From: Patescibacteria group bacterium
Lineage (GTDB): Bacteria > Patescibacteriota > Microgenomatia > UBA12405
Assembly (NCBI GenBank): GCA_050943115.1
Contig: JBMNON010000006.1
Coordinates: 963-64,962 of the forward strand
DNA length: 64,000 bases
Direction: 5' to 3'
Part shown: one piece after another, positions 59,293 to 64,000 of the stretch
How positions within the stretch are numbered: position 1 is the first letter of the stretch
Layout of the letters: every line of letters begins with the position of its first letter
Notes under the pieces: generated by a model
Told to the model about the DNA's origin: nothing
Database searches by the model: none
The model's input: the letters and a program-made list of their open reading frames with translations, nothing else
Position numbers and translations under genes: made by a program

Positions 59293-60293
59293 AAATAAAA
59301 GTTCTGACGTGGCATGTCCATGGCAGCTATCTTTACTACCTGAGCCAATGCAACTGCGATTTCTATCTTCCGGTAAAAGCTGACGATAGTCCCGGGTATG
59401 GGGGTAGAGCCGGAAGCTTCAAATGGGGCAATAATGTAATAGAAGTTGAAGCAAACGAGGTTAAAAAGCTAAGGGATATAGATGTAATATTATTTCAATC
59501 CAAAGACAATTATCTTAAAGATCAGTTTGAAATACTAAACGAGAGACAAAGACTGCTTCCCAAAATATATCTGGAACATGATCCCCCAAGAGAACACCCC
59601 ACCGATACCAAACATGTTGTTAACGATCCCAATTCGCTTTTGATAAACGTGACTCATTTCAATGACCTCATGTGGGACAGCCAAGCGACGCCATCAAAGG
59701 TCGTAGATCACGGTGTTATTATTCCGAAAAATGTTGTTTACAGCGGAGAGCTGAACAAGGGAATAGTCGTGGTCAACAATCTCGCCAAAAGAGGCAGGAG
59801 ATTGGGCTGGGATATTTTTAAAGAGGTCAGAAAGGAAATTCCGCTGGATTTAATCGGAATGGGTTCTGAGGAGATCGGAGGATTGGGAGAGGTGCCTCAC
59901 GACGAAATCGGGGAATTTATTTCAAAGTACAGATTCTTTTTTAATCCAATCAGATATACCAGCTTAGGGTTGGCAGTACTGGAAGCAATGACGGTGGGGC
60001 TGCCGATCCTGGGGCTAGCAACAACTGAAATGGTCACAGCAATAAAAAACGGAGTGAACGGATACATAGATACTGACATAAATATTCTTGTAAAAAGGAT
60101 GCGGCAGCTTTTAACAAATCCGGAAAAAGCAAAAAAATTAAGTGCGGGGGCAAAAAGAATGGCCGATAAACGGTTTGGCATTAAGCGCTTTGTTGCCGAA
60201 TGGGAAGGGATTTTGTCGCAAACTGCAGCCAGAATAAGTTATTCGAAGATGCAGGGTATTTTATTTAAGTCAACGGAGGTATTTAAGGAATGA
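59289..60293 (+). CDS. Glycosyltransferase family 4-like
   Basis: TWHVHGSYL, FFNPIRYTSLGLAVLEAM..G.P. Confidence 0.85.
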   Translation: MKIKVLTWHVHGSYLYYLSQCNCDFYLPVKADDSPGYGGRAGSFKWGNNVIEVEANEVKKLRDIDVILFQSKDNYLKDQFEILNERQRLLPKIYLEHDPPREHPTDTKHVVNDPNSLLINVTHFNDLMWDSQATPSKVVDHGVIIPKNVVYSGELNKGIVVVNNLAKRGRRLGWDIFKEVRKEIPLDLIGMGSEEIGGLGEVPHDEIGEFISKYRFFFNPIRYTSLGLAVLEAMTVGLPILGLATTEMVTAIKNGVNGYIDTDINILVKRMRQLLTNPEKAKKLSAGAKRMADKRFGIKRFVAEWEGILSQTAARISYSKMQGILFKSTEVFKE

Positions 60294-62218
60294 AGAAAAG
60301 AAGGATTATGTTTATTTCCGAACACGCCTCCCCCTTGGCCTCTATAGGGGGATCTGACAGTGGAGGACAAAATATTTACGTGGATAAGGTGTCGACGGAA
60401 CTAGCAAAAAGAGGCTTCTTGGTTGACGTATTTACGAGGAAAGACGACAAAGACTTACCGGAAGTCGTTGATTGCCATAATGGGGTCAGGGTAATTCAAG
60501 TTACGGCCGGTAAACAATGTTTTGTGCCAAAAGAAGAGATGCTGCCCTTGATGGGAGAGTTTGAGGCGGAGATAGAAAAATTTGTAGCAAGGGGAAAGTT
60601 AATGTATGACCTAATTCACGCTCATTTTTTTATGTCAGGGTTGGTGGCAATAAACTTAAAAAGGAAACTTCAGACCAAAGTGGTGATAACTTTCCATGCT
60701 TTAGGTAAAGTGAGAAAAATCTACCAGGGAGACAGTGATAAATTCCCCGAAGAAAGATTGAAAATTGAAGAAAGGATAGTCGGAGAAGCTGATGCTATCG
60801 TTGCTGAGTGCCCTCAGGACAAGGAGGATTTAATTAATTTGTACCAGGCTAATAAGAAAAAAATTTCGATAATCCCCTGTGGATTTGATCCGAATGAGTT
60901 AAAGCCGATTGATAAGGTGTTTGCCAGGAAATTGCTAGGGCTGAATGTTGACGATAATATTATTTTGCAATTGGGAAGGCTGGTGCCGAGAAAAGGAATT
61001 GCCAATGTCATTAAGGCCGTCGGGATCCTTCATAAGGAAGAAAAGATTAGCGCAAGGCTTCTGGTGGTGGGCGGTGAAAGTGAAACAGCCAATCCGGAGA
61101 TAACTCCGGAAATCGGTAGGTTGCAAAAGATCGCCAAAGAGAGTGGAGTTTTTGATAAGGTAGCTTTTTTAGGTAAAAAGGGCAGACACGTAATAAAAAA
61201 TTATTATTCTGCCGCAGACGTATTTGTTAGTACACCCTGGTATGAACCATTTGGCATTACGCCCTTGGAATCAATGGCCTGCGGGACTCCGGTGATAGGA
61301 TCCAGGGTCGGCGGAATTAAATATTCGGTAGCAGAAGGTGAAACTGGACTTTTAGTGGAGCCAGAAAAACCAAGAGAGCTGGCTTATGCATTGAAGGACA
61401 TATTGAGCAATAAAACGATGGCTACAAAAATGGCAATAAGATCAATTTATCGAGTTAACAAATACTTTAAGTGGTCAGATGTAGCCAAAATGATGGAGAA
61501 CTTATACGAGGAAGTATTGCAGCCTGATAAGGACAAAGCATTGAGTAAAGGTAATTATTCTAAGGTTGTAGAGGCAAATTTTCAAAGACTGAGGGAAGAT
61601 CTATTGAAAACAAAAAGTGAGATAAGCCAATCCATCGTAAGTACAACAAAGCTTCTTGTAGGTGTTCTCCAAAATAAAAAGAAGGTCTTTGTAGCAGGCA
61701 ACGGCGGCAGCGCCATGGATGCCCAACATTGGGCAGCGGAAATGGTAGGACACTATATGCTTGATGACAGAAAACCCCTGGCAGTGCTATCTTTGACAAG
61801 TGATACGGCAATTATTACGGCATTAGCCAATGATTTTAGCTTTGATGAAATTTTTTCAAAGCAAGTTGAGGCGCTGGGTGATGAGGGCGATGCTTTAGTT
61901 TTAATTAGCACCAGCGGAAATTCCAAGAATTTGCTGAACGCGGCAAAAGCCGCCAAGAAACAAAAAATGTTGGTGGTTGGACTACTAGGTAAAGAGGGAG
62001 GAAAGTTAAAAGAACGGTGCGATATCTCCATAGTGATACCATCCGATAGCGCTCAAAGTATTCAGGAAATCCACATTAACATTATTCACACCATTTGCGA
62101 GCTGACAGAAAAAGAATTAATTGGTAAGGCGGAAATATCTAAGAAACAAAAAGAATATCTAAAAAGACAGTTAACAAGTCCAGACAAAGAGGTGTACTAT
62201 GGAAATTTTGAAAAATAA
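60290..62218 (+). CDS. gmhA: Fusion of an MshA-like GT4 and phosphoheptose isomerase (GmhA, SIS domain)
   Basis: HASPL...GG.DSGGQN.Y and EPFGITPLE, followed by GNGGSA.DAQH.AAE, TALAND, ISTSGNS.N and IQE.H...IH. Confidence 0.88.
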   Translation: MKKRRIMFISEHASPLASIGGSDSGGQNIYVDKVSTELAKRGFLVDVFTRKDDKDLPEVVDCHNGVRVIQVTAGKQCFVPKEEMLPLMGEFEAEIEKFVARGKLMYDLIHAHFFMSGLVAINLKRKLQTKVVITFHALGKVRKIYQGDSDKFPEERLKIEERIVGEADAIVAECPQDKEDLINLYQANKKKISIIPCGFDPNELKPIDKVFARKLLGLNVDDNIILQLGRLVPRKGIANVIKAVGILHKEEKISARLLVVGGESETANPEITPEIGRLQKIAKESGVFDKVAFLGKKGRHVIKNYYSAADVFVSTPWYEPFGITPLESMACGTPVIGSRVGGIKYSVAEGETGLLVEPEKPRELAYALKDILSNKTMATKMAIRSIYRVNKYFKWSDVAKMMENLYEEVLQPDKDKALSKGNYSKVVEANFQRLREDLLKTKSEISQSIVSTTKLLVGVLQNKKKVFVAGNGGSAMDAQHWAAEMVGHYMLDDRKPLAVLSLTSDTAIITALANDFSFDEIFSKQVEALGDEGDALVLISTSGNSKNLLNAAKAAKKQKMLVVGLLGKEGGKLKERCDISIVIPSDSAQSIQEIHINIIHTICELTEKELIGKAEISKKQKEYLKRQLTSPDKEVYYGNFEK

Positions 62219-62927
62219 AGTAGCGATTGTAACAGGTGCTGCCCAAGGATTGGGAAAAGAGATAAGTATGACTCTGGCTAAAGCAGGAATGAGGGTGGTG
62301 TTGGCAGATTTAAATGAAGAGAAACTTATAGAAACAGTGACAGAATTACAAGGTGGGAACTTAATCGTGGAGGGGGTGGTTTTAAATGTAGCTGATGTAG
62401 AGGAAAGTAAAAATATCATAGACGATGTATTTGCAAGGCTAGGAAGGTTGGATGTGTTGATTAACAATGCCGGGATTGATGTCACCAAGTCGGTTAAAGA
62501 AATGAGTCCGGAAGAATGGGATAAAGTAATCGCTGTTAACCTAAGAGGGCCATTTTTGATGACCAAACAAGCTATGACGAGAATGGCTGACCAAGAAGAA
62601 GGCGGACATATCGTAAATATTACTTCAACAGCAGCCAAAAGGGCCTGGGCAAATGCCGGGGCTTACCATGCCAGCAAATGGGGGCTTTTAGGATTCAGCC
62701 ATGGAATGCATGTAGAAGGAAGAGGAGATGGGGTGAAAGTGACGGCGATAATAGCCGGAGGTATGAAAACCCCATTCATTTTAGACCGGTTTCCCGATGT
62801 TGACCCTAGCGTTTTGCAGGACCCAAAAAATGTCGCTAACGTAGTGAAGTTTGTCCTGGAACAACCGGAGGGAACCGTTATTCCGGAAATTATGGTTTTG
62901 CCTGTAAAGGAAACATCATGGCCATAG
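62199..62927 (+). CDS. Short-chain dehydrogenase/reductase
   Basis: TGAAQGLG, NNAG, YHASK. Confidence 0.92.
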   Translation: MEILKNKVAIVTGAAQGLGKEISMTLAKAGMRVVLADLNEEKLIETVTELQGGNLIVEGVVLNVADVEESKNIIDDVFARLGRLDVLINNAGIDVTKSVKEMSPEEWDKVIAVNLRGPFLMTKQAMTRMADQEEGGHIVNITSTAAKRAWANAGAYHASKWGLLGFSHGMHVEGRGDGVKVTAIIAGGMKTPFILDRFPDVDPSVLQDPKNVANVVKFVLEQPEGTVIPEIMVLPVKETSWP

Positions 62928-63508
62928 TAAATAATAGAGCAGTATTCGTAGATAAAGATGATACGGTCAATTTTGACAAACCTTTTTACAACTACAATCC
63001 TGACTTGATCAAGATAATACCAGGAGCCAGTGAAGGGTTGTCCATGTTAAGGGAGAAGGGCTATAAGGTGGTGTTGGTAACAAACCAAAGCGGTGTAGCC
63101 AGAGGATATTTTGAAGAAAAAGATTTGGCTCCCCTTTTTGAAAAGCTGCAATATCTTTTAAACTTTCGGTTTGATGGGATTTATTACTGCCCACATTACA
63201 TTGGAGGATCTGTAAATGACTTTGCGGTTGCTTGTGAGTGCAGAAAACCGGAGATTGGACTGTTGCTTAAGGCAGCAAAAGAGTTATCTTTTGATTTGAA
63301 CAGCTCCTGGATGGTCGGAGATCGCACCAGTGATATGGAGGCAGGAAAAAGGGCGGGGTGTAATACCGTTATGATAGACAGGAACTGCGAATACACAGCT
63401 TTCCCCCTGGCTGATTATATTTGCAGAAATATGAAAGAAGCAGCAGAAATTATTGTTAGCAGTCTGGAGGACAACAAACATGAAAAAGAGGCTAAGGGAA
63501 ATCATTAA
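62918..63508 (+). CDS. gmhB: D-glycero-D-manno-heptose 1,7-bisphosphate phosphatase (HAD IIIA)
   Basis: DKDDT, VTNQSGVARG, CPH...CECRKP, SWMVGD...D..AG..AG. Confidence 0.88.
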   Translation: MAIVNNRAVFVDKDDTVNFDKPFYNYNPDLIKIIPGASEGLSMLREKGYKVVLVTNQSGVARGYFEEKDLAPLFEKLQYLLNFRFDGIYYCPHYIGGSVNDFAVACECRKPEIGLLLKAAKELSFDLNSSWMVGDRTSDMEAGKRAGCNTVMIDRNCEYTAFPLADYICRNMKEAAEIIVSSLEDNKHEKEAKGNH

Positions 63509-64000
63509 AAACTTTGTTGGTAAAAAGATATTGGTAATAGGCGATATTATGCTGGACGGTTATTTTCAGGGGCATTCTGAAAGGATAAGCCGGGAAGCAC
63601 CAGTTCCAATTGTTGATGTGGAAAAGGTTTATGAGGTACCCGGGGGAGCTGCCAATACAGCAGTTAATATAGCGGATATGGGGGCAAGCTGTAGAATCAT
63701 GTCGATTGTCGGTGAGGATGGTAATGGGAGAAGATTGGTTTCAAAGTTAAAAAATAAAGGAATCGGAGTCGAGGGAATATTGTGGGATAAGACCAGGAAA
63801 ACCTTGGCTAAAAGAAGAGTGATGGCTGATGGTCAGATGGTGGCCAGATATGACTTTGGCGAAAAAAGTTGTTTGACTCGAATACAAGAGAGATCGGTGG
63901 TAAAAAACTTAAAAGGAAGTTTCCCGGATGCAGATGCCGTGATTATTTCCGACTACGATTACGGGTTTTTGACGGATCGAGTAAAAGAAGAAATTGAGAG
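63480..64000 (+). CDS. hldE: Heptose-7-phosphate kinase (HldE/RfaE domain I, PfkB family), truncated by the window end
   Basis: MKKRL...ILVIGDIMLD.Y..G...RISREAPVP...PGGAANTAVN...ISDY; not in the ORF track. Confidence 0.85.
   Translation, partial: MKKRLREIIKNFVGKKILVIGDIMLDGYFQGHSERISREAPVPIVDVEKVYEVPGGAANTAVNIADMGASCRIMSIVGEDGNGRRLVSKLKNKGIGVEGILWDKTRKTLAKRRVMADGQMVARYDFGEKSCLTRIQERSVVKNLKGSFPDADAVIISDYDYGFLTDRVKEEIE

Overview
Gene-dense, AT-rich bacterial chromosome segment read in standard code 11. Many genes appear leaderless and many secreted proteins are Pro/Thr-rich, which suggests Patescibacteria/CPR, probably Microgenomates (inference). Main contents: a lexA-like gene, rarA and dinB; two two-component clusters; hsp20 with a CIRCE-like operator; GH5 and GH113-like glycosidases; many small general-stress genes; a 3278-aa mosaic surface protein; a glycan-synthase/glycosyltransferase operon; and a GT9/ADP-heptose (gmhA, gmhB, hldE-like) operon that runs off the right end. 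I found no rRNA, tRNA, CRISPR array or transposase. Best leads: (1) an unannotated ~400-nt highly structured minus-strand RNA at ~15830-16230; (2) a window-wide regulon marked by CTTAC half-sites at 11-bp spacing, with a candidate Spo0B/ChpT-like pseudo-kinase phosphorelay; (3) a direct-repeat operator shared by rarA and the dinB operon that differs from the palindrome in front of the local lexA; (4) a hidden (KPL)n peptide gene coupled to lexA; (5) a 62-bp direct repeat and GC mosaicism around the giant surface protein; (6) an (AT)n frameshift in an eRF1-like gene. All calls come from reading the sequence by eye; no database searches were run.
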